Assembly: GCA_902538155.1 (NCBI GenBank)
Contig: CACBDX010000003.1
Span: forward strand, 632-64,631
DNA: 64,000 nt
Direction: 5' to 3'
From: an uncultured Alphaproteobacteria bacterium
GTDB taxonomy: Bacteria; Pseudomonadota; Alphaproteobacteria; HIMB59; GCA-002718135
The notes beneath the pieces are model-generated. The model saw nothing but the letters and a program-made list of their open reading frames with translations, was not told where the DNA came from and did not search any database. Shown one piece after another: positions 27,444 through 36,047 of the stretch (its first letter is position 1; each line of letters begins with the position of its first letter). Both the position numbers and the translations under genes were made by a program.

Positions 27444-28382
27444 ATGAGCCATTTATTTTATAAACCTGCAAAATCTAGATTACACAGAAGTGAATTGGCA
27501 GTTCCAGGCTCTAATCCAAGGATGTTTGAAAAAGCATTAAAATCAAATGCAGATTATATTTTTTTAGATTTAGAAGATGCAGTATCTCCAAATGATAAAA
27601 TTGATGCAAGAAAAAATGTTATAAATGCAATAAAAGAATACAATTGGAAAGAAGAAGGTAAAACAATCTCTATAAGAATTAACGGCTTGGATACACATTA
27701 TATGTATCGTGATGTGATTGAAATTATAGAAGAGGTCGGTGATAAGATTGATACATTATTAATTCCAAAAGTAGGCTCATCATCTGATGTATATATGGTT
27801 GATTGTATGCTCAATCAAATTGAACAAAATAAAAAATTTAAAAATAGAATAGGTTTAGAATGTTTAATTGAAACAGCACTAGGAATGTCTAACATCCAAT
27901 CAATTGCAACATCAAGTTCAAGACTAGAAGCATTACATTTTGGAGTTGCAGATTATGCAGCAAGTATGCGAGCAAGAACAGTTGTCATAGGAGGGTTAAA
28001 TCCTGATTACCCTGGAGATCAATGGCATCATGGCTTATCAACTTTAGTAATGACTTGTAGATCATATGGCTTAAGAGCAATAGACGGACCTTTTGGTGAT
28101 TTTAATGACAAAGAAGGATATCTTGATGCAGCAAAAAGAGCTGCAGCAATTGGTTTTGAGGGTAAATGGGCAATACATCCATCGCAAATAGATTTAGCTA
28201 ATGAAGTTTTTTCTCCACCCAAAGAAGAAATAGATAAAGCAAAAAGAATATTATTAGAATTAGAAAAAGCAGCTGCTGAAGGAAAGGGCGCTGCTCAGCT
28301 TGATGGAAAAATGATAGATGCTGCATCTGCTAGAATGGCTGAGAATATTGTAAATATTAATAAGTTAATTGAAAGTAAGTAA
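27444..28382 (+). CDS. mcl: L-malyl-CoA/beta-methylmalyl-CoA lyase (HpcH/CitE-like family)
   Basis: Collinear with Mcl1-type lyases: LDLEDAVSPNDK, IRINGLDT, DGPFGDFND and GKWAIHPSQIDLANEVF. Confidence 0.85.
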   Translation: MSHLFYKPAKSRLHRSELAVPGSNPRMFEKALKSNADYIFLDLEDAVSPNDKIDARKNVINAIKEYNWKEEGKTISIRINGLDTHYMYRDVIEIIEEVGDKIDTLLIPKVGSSSDVYMVDCMLNQIEQNKKFKNRIGLECLIETALGMSNIQSIATSSSRLEALHFGVADYAASMRARTVVIGGLNPDYPGDQWHHGLSTLVMTCRSYGLRAIDGPFGDFNDKEGYLDAAKRAAAIGFEGKWAIHPSQIDLANEVFSPPKEEIDKAKRILLELEKAAAEGKGAAQLDGKMIDAASARMAENIVNINKLIESK

Positions 28383-29542
28383 TGGACATACACGAATATC
28401 AAGCAAAAAAAATATTGTCCGATTTTGGTGTTAAAATTCCAACAGGTGGTATTGTTTATAGTCCAGAAAATGCAGAAAATAAAGCTAGAGAAATTGGTGG
28501 TTCAAAATGGGTTGTAAAAGCACAGATTCATTCTGGAGCAAGAGGTAAAGCTGGAGGGATAATTATTTGCAATTCTCCTCATGAAGTTGCTCTAGCAACT
28601 GAAAAACTTCTCGGAAAAAAATTAGTGACAAATCAAACTGGTGAAGAGGGCAAAATTGTAAATAGAATTTATATTGAAGAAGCAACAGATATTAAACATG
28701 AATTATATTTAGGATTGGTTTTTGATAGGCCTTCAGAGAGTATTATGGTTGTTGCATCAACTGAAGGTGGAATGAGTGTAGAAGAAATTTCCAGCGATAA
28801 ACCAGAAAGTATAATGAGATTAAAAATTGATGTTGCAGTAGGTATGAGAAAATTTCAAGCCAGAGAATTAGCTTTTGGTCTTGGAATAGAAACTGAATTA
28901 ATTTCAAAAGCTACTGATACAATTAGAGGTTGTTATAGAGCTTTCACTGATCTTGATGCAACAATGGTCGAGGTAAATCCTCTTGTAATTTCTAAACAAA
29001 ATGAAATTTTGGCTTTAGATTGTAAAATGAGTTTTGATAATAATGCTTTATTCAGAATGAATAATATCGCTGAACTTCGTGATAAAAGTCAGGAAAATCC
29101 TAATGAAGTTTATGCTTCAGATAGAGGAATGAATTACGTCAGCCTAAATGGGAATATTGGAAACATTATTAATGGAGCAGGCCTAGCTATGGCTTCAATG
29201 GACATGATAAAGTTAGCGGGTGGTGAACCTGCAAACTTTTTAGATGTTGGTGGAGGTGCAACTCCTGAGAAAATAGTTAAAGCTTTTAAATTAATTTCTA
29301 TGGATACAAAAGTTAAGGTAATTTTAGTTAATATTTTTGCAGGGATTAACAGATGTGATTGGGTTGCAGAAGGAATTGTTCAAGCTTTATCAAAAATTGA
29401 AATTAAACAACCTTTAGTTATACGTTTAGCTGGAACTAACGTCGAAAAGGGAAATGAAATACTTAAAAAAAGCAATATTAATTATATTGAAGCATCAACT
29501 TTAGAAGACGCAGCAAATAAAGCAGTAAAGGCTCTTGGATAA
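28382..29542 (+). CDS. mtkA: malate--CoA ligase (malate thiokinase) beta subunit
   Basis: MDIHEYQAK start, KMSFDNNALFR and NIFAGINRCDWVAEG. The last resembles MtkA rather than the SucC pattern NIFGGIVRCD. It follows mcl directly. Confidence 0.8.
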   Translation: MDIHEYQAKKILSDFGVKIPTGGIVYSPENAENKAREIGGSKWVVKAQIHSGARGKAGGIIICNSPHEVALATEKLLGKKLVTNQTGEEGKIVNRIYIEEATDIKHELYLGLVFDRPSESIMVVASTEGGMSVEEISSDKPESIMRLKIDVAVGMRKFQARELAFGLGIETELISKATDTIRGCYRAFTDLDATMVEVNPLVISKQNEILALDCKMSFDNNALFRMNNIAELRDKSQENPNEVYASDRGMNYVSLNGNIGNIINGAGLAMASMDMIKLAGGEPANFLDVGGGATPEKIVKAFKLISMDTKVKVILVNIFAGINRCDWVAEGIVQALSKIEIKQPLVIRLAGTNVEKGNEILKKSNINYIEASTLEDAANKAVKALG

Positions 29543-29544
29543 TA

Positions 29545-30441
29545 ATGTCTATAATCATTCATAAAAATACAAAGATTTTAGTTCAAGGTTTTACTGGAAA
29601 AATTGGAAGCTTTCATGCTGAAGAAATGATTAAGTATGGTTCAAATGTTGTTGGCGGGGTAACACCTGGTAAAGGTGGTATCACTCATTTAAATCTTCCT
29701 GTATTTAACACTGTCAAAGAAGCTGTTGATCAAACAGGAGCATCAACATCAATATTATTTGTTCCTCCAGCATTTGCAGCAGATTCTGTTATGGAAGCTG
29801 CTGATGCAGGTATTAAAACTTGTGTTGCTATTACTGACGGTATTCCTTCTCATGATATGGTAAAAATTAAAAGATTTATGAGAAGATATCCAAAAGATAA
29901 AAAAATGGGATTAGTAGGTCCGAATTGTGCAGGAATAATTAGCCCTGGTAAATCTATGTTAGGTATTATGCCTGGTCATATTTACAAAGAAGGTAAAATT
30001 GGAATAGTTAGTAGATCTGGCACTTTGGGATATGAAGCTGCACAACAACTTAAAGATTTGGAAATTGGTGTTTCAACAAGTGTAGGTATAGGAGGAGATC
30101 CAATAAATGGAAGTTCTTTTAGAGATATAATTGAAAAGTTTGAAAATGATGATGAAACTATTGCAGTTTTAATGATAGGTGAAATAGGTGGTCCACAAGA
30201 AGTTGAAGCTGGACAATTTGCTAAAGAAAATATGAGTAAACCGGTAATTGCGTATATAGCAGGACTAACTGCACCAAAAGGTCGTGTAATGGGGCATGCT
30301 GGCGCAATTGTTTCTGCTTATGGTGAAAGTGCAATAGAAAAAGTAGAACTTCTTAAAGAGTGTGGGGTTACAATTTCCAAAAACCCTTCTGTAATGGGTG
30401 AAACTGTAAAAAAAGTATTAGTAGAAAATAATTTGAATTAA
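29545..30441 (+). CDS. mtkB: malate--CoA ligase alpha subunit
   Basis: CoA-ligase alpha motifs VQGFTGK, GPNCAGII, SRSGTLGYE and the phosphohistidine loop GHAGAIV. Confidence 0.8.
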   Translation: MSIIIHKNTKILVQGFTGKIGSFHAEEMIKYGSNVVGGVTPGKGGITHLNLPVFNTVKEAVDQTGASTSILFVPPAFAADSVMEAADAGIKTCVAITDGIPSHDMVKIKRFMRRYPKDKKMGLVGPNCAGIISPGKSMLGIMPGHIYKEGKIGIVSRSGTLGYEAAQQLKDLEIGVSTSVGIGGDPINGSSFRDIIEKFENDDETIAVLMIGEIGGPQEVEAGQFAKENMSKPVIAYIAGLTAPKGRVMGHAGAIVSAYGESAIEKVELLKECGVTISKNPSVMGETVKKVLVENNLN

Positions 30442-30456
30442 TATAATTAAAAAATA

Positions 30457-30594
30457 ATGAAATTTTTATATAAAAATGAATTCTGGATGTTAATATTTTC
30501 TCTAGGTGTTCTTTATTGGTTATTTAATCCATCAGTCTTAACAACCTTAGTTATGATTGTGCCATTGCTATTGGCCGTATCTTCCCGTAAATAA
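30457..30594 (+). CDS. possible 45-aa membrane micro-protein (below the ORF-track cutoff)
   Basis: ATG at 30457 and TAA at 30592-30594. The translation is MKFLYKNEFWMLIFSLGVLYWLFNPSVLTTLVMIVPLLLAVSSRK, with two hydrophobic stretches. It sits in the largest non-coding gap of the window. Confidence 0.25.
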   Translation: MKFLYKNEFWMLIFSLGVLYWLFNPSVLTTLVMIVPLLLAVSSRK

Positions 30595-30649
30595 AGCTAA
30601 GTTTTATACTTACTGATGCATGAACGTTTATCGTATTTATAGTTAAAAA

Positions 30650-31213
30650 ATGAAATTATATCTTATTAGACATGCAGAGTCAGAAGCTAATGCAGCATCA
30701 GATTTAGATAATCCAACTTATTATTATGATGCAAGAATCACTCAAAGAGGAGTTGAGCAAGCAAAAAAATTAAATAATAGAATTAAAAATCTCAAATTTG
30801 ATAATTATTTTTGTTCCCCCCTAACAAGAACATTGGAAACATTCTCTATTGTTTTTCCATCTACTAAACCTGTAATTGAACCATTAATAAGAGAACATTT
30901 GTACCACTCATGTGATGTAGGAAGACAACCAAAAAAATTAAAAAAAGAATTTAATGATTTTGATTTTAATAATTTAAATGATTTTTGGTGGAATAATAAC
31001 AAACCTATTAATGAAAAAAAAATTATACAAGAGTCTCACAATGATATTAAAATGAGATTAAGGTCTTTTCTTCTATCTATCAAAAACCTTAATTTACAAA
31101 AAATTGTATTAGTCAGTCATGGTACATTCCTAAGTCAAATAACTGAATATATGCTGGATAACTGTGAGATATATGATTGTGAGTACAATGAGGTCTACGA
31201 AAAATTTTTTTAA
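30650..31213 (+). CDS. histidine-phosphatase (phosphoglycerate-mutase-like) family protein
   Basis: LIRHAESEAN (RH catalytic motif) and the distal VSHGTF motif. Confidence 0.8.
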   Translation: MKLYLIRHAESEANAASDLDNPTYYYDARITQRGVEQAKKLNNRIKNLKFDNYFCSPLTRTLETFSIVFPSTKPVIEPLIREHLYHSCDVGRQPKKLKKEFNDFDFNNLNDFWWNNNKPINEKKIIQESHNDIKMRLRSFLLSIKNLNLQKIVLVSHGTFLSQITEYMLDNCEIYDCEYNEVYEKFF

Positions 31214-31236
31214 TTTAATTCTTGATAAATAAAAAT

Positions 31237-32004
31237 CTAAAACATCTCATTTATTATTTTATTTAATTTTTGTGTTACTCTATCAATTATTTTTTTCCCT
31301 ATCTGTGCATTGGATTTTCTAGGATCTCCAATAATTCCACTTTTACTTAATTCTTTAGTTACCCAAGCTTTCTTAATATTTTTTTCATAAGAAATGGTTT
31401 TAGATGATAAATAATCGGAAGATAATCTATGTTTAGAAATTTTAGATAGCCTAACTAGGTTTGGAAATAAATATAACATAATAGATGTTTCAAATTCTCC
31501 ACCGTGATAACCAAAGTCTTTTTCTTTACTTGATATAATTCCTTTAAATTGATCAAATAAAAAATATGTGCCTTTTACTATGTTTATCTTAAATTCTGAT
31601 TTCAATTCTTTAGCAATAATATCTATATGGCTAATTTGTCCACCATGACTATTTAAAAGTAATATATTTTTAAATTTCAATTTACATACATTTTCTAAAA
31701 TTGATAAAGAGTGTGATATAAATTCTAATGAGTCAATACTTATAGTTCCTTCAAAATCTGTATGTTCAGCAGCTGAACCAAAATTTATTTCAGGCATAAT
31801 TAAATATTTATTTGAATTATATTTTTTATTGAATTCTAATAATATTCCTTCAATAATTTTTTTATCAGTATTTAATGGAAGATGCGGACCGTGTTGTTCT
31901 ATTGATGAAAATGGGAAAATTAAAACTGTTTTTCTATTTATTTTTTTAATTTCATTTGTTGTTAATTCTTCCCAAAAGTTTGTTAGCATTTTTTCATTAT
32001 ACAT
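31237..32004 (-). CDS. creatininase-family amidohydrolase (substrate unknown)
   Basis: SIEQHGPHLPLNTD, LNSHGGQ and HGGEFETS motifs of the creatininase/ArfB/MftE family. Confidence 0.85.
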   Translation of the reverse strand: MYNEKMLTNFWEELTTNEIKKINRKTVLIFPFSSIEQHGPHLPLNTDKKIIEGILLEFNKKYNSNKYLIMPEINFGSAAEHTDFEGTISIDSLEFISHSLSILENVCKLKFKNILLLNSHGGQISHIDIIAKELKSEFKINIVKGTYFLFDQFKGIISSKEKDFGYHGGEFETSIMLYLFPNLVRLSKISKHRLSSDYLSSKTISYEKNIKKAWVTKELSKSGIIGDPRKSNAQIGKKIIDRVTQKLNKIINEMF

Positions 32005-32017
32005 TTATAAGTAAATT

Positions 32018-32977
32018 ATGAAATCTTATTCTTTATGGATTGATAAAAAAAAACAAGCTAAAATTTATCAAAAAAAACTTGTTTACAATAAAAATAACAA
32101 AACAGTTTTAGTTAAAACTATTTACTCAGGTATTAGCAAGGGAACTGAAAAATTAGTTTCATCTAAAAGCGTAAGTAAGGATCAATTTGAATTAATGAAA
32201 GCCCCTTTTCAAGAGGGTTCTTTTAATTTACCTATAAAATACGGTTATATAAATATTGGGAATATTATCGATGGTCCAAGAAAATATATAAATAAAAAAA
32301 TATTTAGTCTTTATCCTCATCAAGATTTATATGAAATTTCTATTCAAAATTTAATTTTTTTACCAAAAGGAAATTTGAGAAAATATATTCTAACTGCAAA
32401 TATGGAAACAGCAATTAATATCTTTTGGGATGCTCAATCTAAAAGTAATAACAAAATTCTAATTGTAGGACTTGGCTCTGTAGGATTATTAACTGCATTT
32501 TTTTTTAAAATTAATGGATATAAAAATGTTTATGTTTTTGATAATAATAAAAATAAAAGAAAAATTGCCAACTATTTAGGATTAAATTTTATTGATATAA
32601 GAAAGATTGAGAAAATAGATGTAGCAATAAACACTACAGCTAATTATAAAGTTTTAAATTCTTTAATGGAAAAATTATCTATCGAAGGAAAAATAGTAGA
32701 AGCTAGTTGGTATGGTAAAAATAAAGGAGAAGTTGCCTTAGGTGGGTATTTTCATTCTAAAAGATTAAAAATTATTAGTTCACAGGTATCTAAAATACCA
32801 AAATACATGAAAAATAAATATGATTTTGAGGGGAGATTAAAATTAGCAATTAAATCTTTAAAAAATTCAAAATTAGAAAAATTAATTACTAGTGAAAGTA
32901 ATTTTTTTAATTTAGAAAAAGATTACTATAAAATCCTTCAAAATAAGGATACAATAATGCATCTAATTAAATATTAA
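32018..32977 (+). CDS. MDR-superfamily (alcohol-dehydrogenase-like) oxidoreductase lacking the catalytic zinc ligands
   Basis: GroES-like N-terminal region and the Rossmann motif IVGLGSVGL. No GHE/Cys zinc motifs are visible. Confidence 0.65.
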   Translation: MKSYSLWIDKKKQAKIYQKKLVYNKNNKTVLVKTIYSGISKGTEKLVSSKSVSKDQFELMKAPFQEGSFNLPIKYGYINIGNIIDGPRKYINKKIFSLYPHQDLYEISIQNLIFLPKGNLRKYILTANMETAINIFWDAQSKSNNKILIVGLGSVGLLTAFFFKINGYKNVYVFDNNKNKRKIANYLGLNFIDIRKIEKIDVAINTTANYKVLNSLMEKLSIEGKIVEASWYGKNKGEVALGGYFHSKRLKIISSQVSKIPKYMKNKYDFEGRLKLAIKSLKNSKLEKLITSESNFFNLEKDYYKILQNKDTIMHLIKY

Positions 32978-32979
32978 TT

Positions 32980-33378
32980 ATGTATTCGATAAAAGTAAGA
33001 GAAAATATTCTAATAGCTCATTCTTTACCTGGAGAAGTATTTGGACCAGCTCAAAATATGCATGGAGCTACATATTTAGTAGATGCAGAATTTTTCACTG
33101 ATAAACTTAATAAATACAATATAATTATGGATTTAGGAATAGTGTCCACAACTTTAAAAGATATTCTTAAAATATATAATTATCAAAATTTAGATGAGAT
33201 TGGTGAATTTAAGGGAAAAATTACCTCAACAGAGTTTTTAGCAGAGGATATTTGTAATAAGATCTTGAATAGACTAAGAAATGAATTCTCTGAAGATTAC
33301 AAATCTTTAAAAAAAATTAAAATAACTTTGCAAGAATCAAATGTTGCATGGGCATCATATGAAAAAGAGGTTATCTAA
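32980..33378 (+). CDS. 6-pyruvoyl-tetrahydropterin synthase (PTPS/QueD)-fold protein with a non-canonical active site
   Basis: 132 aa. IAHSLPG...NMHGATYLVDAEF...IMDLG follows the PTPS-fold pattern, but HGH is replaced by HGA and the catalytic Cys is absent. Confidence 0.7.
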   Translation: MYSIKVRENILIAHSLPGEVFGPAQNMHGATYLVDAEFFTDKLNKYNIIMDLGIVSTTLKDILKIYNYQNLDEIGEFKGKITSTEFLAEDICNKILNRLRNEFSEDYKSLKKIKITLQESNVAWASYEKEVI

Positions 33379-34405
33379 AAATAAATCTGATATTTATTTT
33401 GTTTATCCAGGAAATATTAATGCAAAAACTGGAGGATATATTTATGAAAAAAATATCCTAGAATATGCAAATGAAAGAGATTTAAATATTAGACCAATTG
33501 CGTTAAGTGAAAATTATCCTTTTCCTACAAATAACGATATAAAATATTTTCTAAAAATTTTAGATGAAATTGATCCTGACTCTAAAATTATAATCGATGG
33601 ATTAGCTTTAGAAGGAATGTATTCCATTTTTAAAAAAATACTTACTTATAATGTTATCGCTCTAATACATCATCCTTTATATCTTGAATTTAAAGGTCAA
33701 AGGTCAAAAAATTTCTTGAGATTAGAAAAAGAAAATTTCAAAAAAATAAATAAATTTATTGTGACTTCTAAAAATACAAAAAATTTATTAATAAATGAAT
33801 TCAAGGTTCTAAATAATAAAATATCTGTAGTTGAACCTGGAATAGAAAGACTAGTAAATTATAATTTTAAAAAAAATCGTAAAATTCATTTTTTAACATG
33901 TGGAAGTATAATAAATAGAAAAAATTATCTTTTTTTATTAAAAGTTTTAAAGCCTTTAGATAATTTTATTTTAGAAATTGTTGGTGATACTACAAGAGAT
34001 ATAGGTTATTACAAAAAACTCAAAAAATTTATTTCTAAAAATTCAATGAACAGAAAAATAATATTCCACGGTACTATTTCAGATACAAAATTAGCTAAAT
34101 TATATTCTAAAACAGATTGTTACATTTCGGTAAGTAAATATGAAGGTTTTGGAATGTCTTTAGCAAATGCATTAATAATTAAAAAACCAATTATAAGCTT
34201 TTTTACTGATACTATCTTAAATACACTAGGAAAAAAGGGTGTTATTTATTTCAAAAAATTTGAAGTAAATGATCTTAGAAATATAATCATTAAAAATATA
34301 TTAAATAAAAAAAATTTTAATAAACTAAATATTGATATTCATAAAAACAAAAGATATCTTCTTACTCCTCTAGAGTCAGCTAAGAAATTTGTTAATTTAA
34401 TTTAA
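33341..34405 (+). CDS. family-1 (GT-B) glycosyltransferase
   Basis: The C-terminal-domain motif EGFGMSLANALIIKKPII is of the E-x7-E type. The start is uncertain; the ATG at 33359 is also possible. Confidence 0.75.
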   Translation: MLHGHHMKKRLSKNKSDIYFVYPGNINAKTGGYIYEKNILEYANERDLNIRPIALSENYPFPTNNDIKYFLKILDEIDPDSKIIIDGLALEGMYSIFKKILTYNVIALIHHPLYLEFKGQRSKNFLRLEKENFKKINKFIVTSKNTKNLLINEFKVLNNKISVVEPGIERLVNYNFKKNRKIHFLTCGSIINRKNYLFLLKVLKPLDNFILEIVGDTTRDIGYYKKLKKFISKNSMNRKIIFHGTISDTKLAKLYSKTDCYISVSKYEGFGMSLANALIIKKPIISFFTDTILNTLGKKGVIYFKKFEVNDLRNIIIKNILNKKNFNKLNIDIHKNKRYLLTPLESAKKFVNLI

Positions 34406-34406
34406 T

Positions 34407-35195
34407 ATGCATGAATTTCAAAATAAATGGTTAAATCTTAGAGAATCCGTCGATAGAAATTCAAGAAACAAAAGAATATTATATTTAATTAATAAATTTT
34501 TTAAAAATAAAAAAAATATTAGAATAGTTGATTTGGGTTCAGGTGCTGGATCTAATTATAGATTTCTAAAGTCACGATTATTAAATAATCAATATTGGTC
34601 TTTTGTAGACATATCACATCAATCTACAAATTATTTTAAAAAAAATATAAAATTATCTTCTAAAATAAAAAAAACTAATTTTAAAATTGTTGATGTAATT
34701 AATAATCTAGAAAAAATAAATTTTAATGATTATAATTTAGTTACTGGATCTGCTTTTTTAGATATTCTTCCAAAAACATGGTTTAAAAATTTTCATAAAT
34801 TAAATCTTGATACAGAAATTGTCTACTTTGCCTTAAATTATAACGGTAATTTTAAATTTTTTCCAAAACACAAGGATGATAAAAAAATTCTTAATTTTTT
34901 TAATAAAGATCAAAAATCTGACAAAGGAGTAGGGGAAGTGGCCGTTGGACCAGATTGTACTGAATTAATAAATAATGTATTTGAAAGAACCCACACAACA
35001 TATGTTTTAGACTCTACATGGAACGTTAGTAAAAATTATGAATTTCAAATTTATTTCTTAAATTTTTGTAGAGAAATTATTCAAAAAAATAAACTTAACT
35101 TAGATGATTGGTTAAAATTTCGTTTAAAATTTATTAAAGAAAAAAATTCCAGATTTATTTTAAATAATACAGATTTTTTAGCTATTAAGAAATAA
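34407..35195 (+). CDS. class I SAM-dependent methyltransferase
   Basis: Motif I IVDLGSGAGSN and an acidic motif II region. It begins 1 nt after the glycosyltransferase stop. Confidence 0.7.
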   Translation: MHEFQNKWLNLRESVDRNSRNKRILYLINKFFKNKKNIRIVDLGSGAGSNYRFLKSRLLNNQYWSFVDISHQSTNYFKKNIKLSSKIKKTNFKIVDVINNLEKINFNDYNLVTGSAFLDILPKTWFKNFHKLNLDTEIVYFALNYNGNFKFFPKHKDDKKILNFFNKDQKSDKGVGEVAVGPDCTELINNVFERTHTTYVLDSTWNVSKNYEFQIYFLNFCREIIQKNKLNLDDWLKFRLKFIKEKNSRFILNNTDFLAIKK

Positions 35196-36011
35196 ATTAA
35201 CTATAATTTCATTTTCTAATTCATTAAAATTATGTTTTGGTCTGATAGCTTTATTGAGATTTGAGATTTTTTTTAAATTTAATGAATTAATTCCGGAACC
35301 TATTAATATTGGTGCAATCATAAATTGAAGAATATCAATATATTTATTATTTATTAATTCTGAAATAGTTTTTGATCCTCCCTCTACTAAAATATTTTTA
35401 TAATTAAGTTTTTTTATTTGCGTAATAAAGTTTTTAGTAAAATTTTTTTCTTTTAATCTTATTATTGTGGTATTATTTAATTTAATTTTTTTATTACTTT
35501 TTGTAAAAATTATATTTTCATTACCGTCATTAAATATTTTATATTTATTATTTAGCGAAAGACTGCCATCAATAATAATTCTTTTTGGATTTGTGCCCTT
35601 TATTTTTCTTGTTGTTAATAGAGGATCGTCTTTTTTAATGGTATTTGAACCTACAATAATTGCATCACTGATACTTCGTAAACAATGTAGATAAATAATA
35701 CTCTTTGGATTATTTATGTAATGTGAATTTCCATTATTTAATGCAATTCTACCATCAATACTTTGTCCTATCTGAGCTATAACTAATTTTTTGTTTTTTC
35801 TTAATATTGGAATCAGGATATTTAAGATTGACTGATAAAATTTACTTATATTAATTTTAGATACCAGATTTTTATTTTTTATGTAAAAGTTACTTTTTGT
35901 TTTTGATGATAAAGAAATACTATTTTTTTTAACCAATAAATATAAATCATTATCCTTTTTAGAATTTTTTATGAAATTTAATAAAATTCCTATATTTTTT
36001 GATGTAATCAT
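35178..36011 (-). CDS. RibD C-terminal-domain (DHFR-fold) reductase with no deaminase domain
   Basis: IAQIGQSIDGRIAL, LRSISDAIIVGSNTIKKDDPLLTTR and NPKRIIIDG match the RibD_C pattern. No HAE/PCxxC deaminase motif is present. Confidence 0.8.
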   Translation of the reverse strand: MITSKNIGILLNFIKNSKKDNDLYLLVKKNSISLSSKTKSNFYIKNKNLVSKINISKFYQSILNILIPILRKNKKLVIAQIGQSIDGRIALNNGNSHYINNPKSIIYLHCLRSISDAIIVGSNTIKKDDPLLTTRKIKGTNPKRIIIDGSLSLNNKYKIFNDGNENIIFTKSNKKIKLNNTTIIRLKEKNFTKNFITQIKKLNYKNILVEGGSKTISELINNKYIDILQFMIAPILIGSGINSLNLKKISNLNKAIRPKHNFNELENEIIVNLFLNS

Positions 36012-36047
36012 TTGTTTTTATTACAATTATATCTATATAAAGTTTTC

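Noticed and set aside
28382-30441. Annotating the two CoA-ligase subunits as succinyl-CoA synthetase (sucCD).
   Set aside because: They directly follow a malyl-CoA lyase rather than sdh/suc genes. The beta subunit also carries the AGINRCDW and KMSFDNNALF patterns that I associate with malate thiokinase. A phylogeny is still needed, so the confidence is not maximal.
31237-32004. Taking the creatininase-family hit literally as creatinine amidohydrolase.
   Set aside because: The family is functionally broad and includes ArfB deformylase and the MftE peptidase. The gene context is GTP- and pterin-type enzymes, and no creatine or creatinine pathway genes (creatinase, sarcosine oxidase) are nearby.
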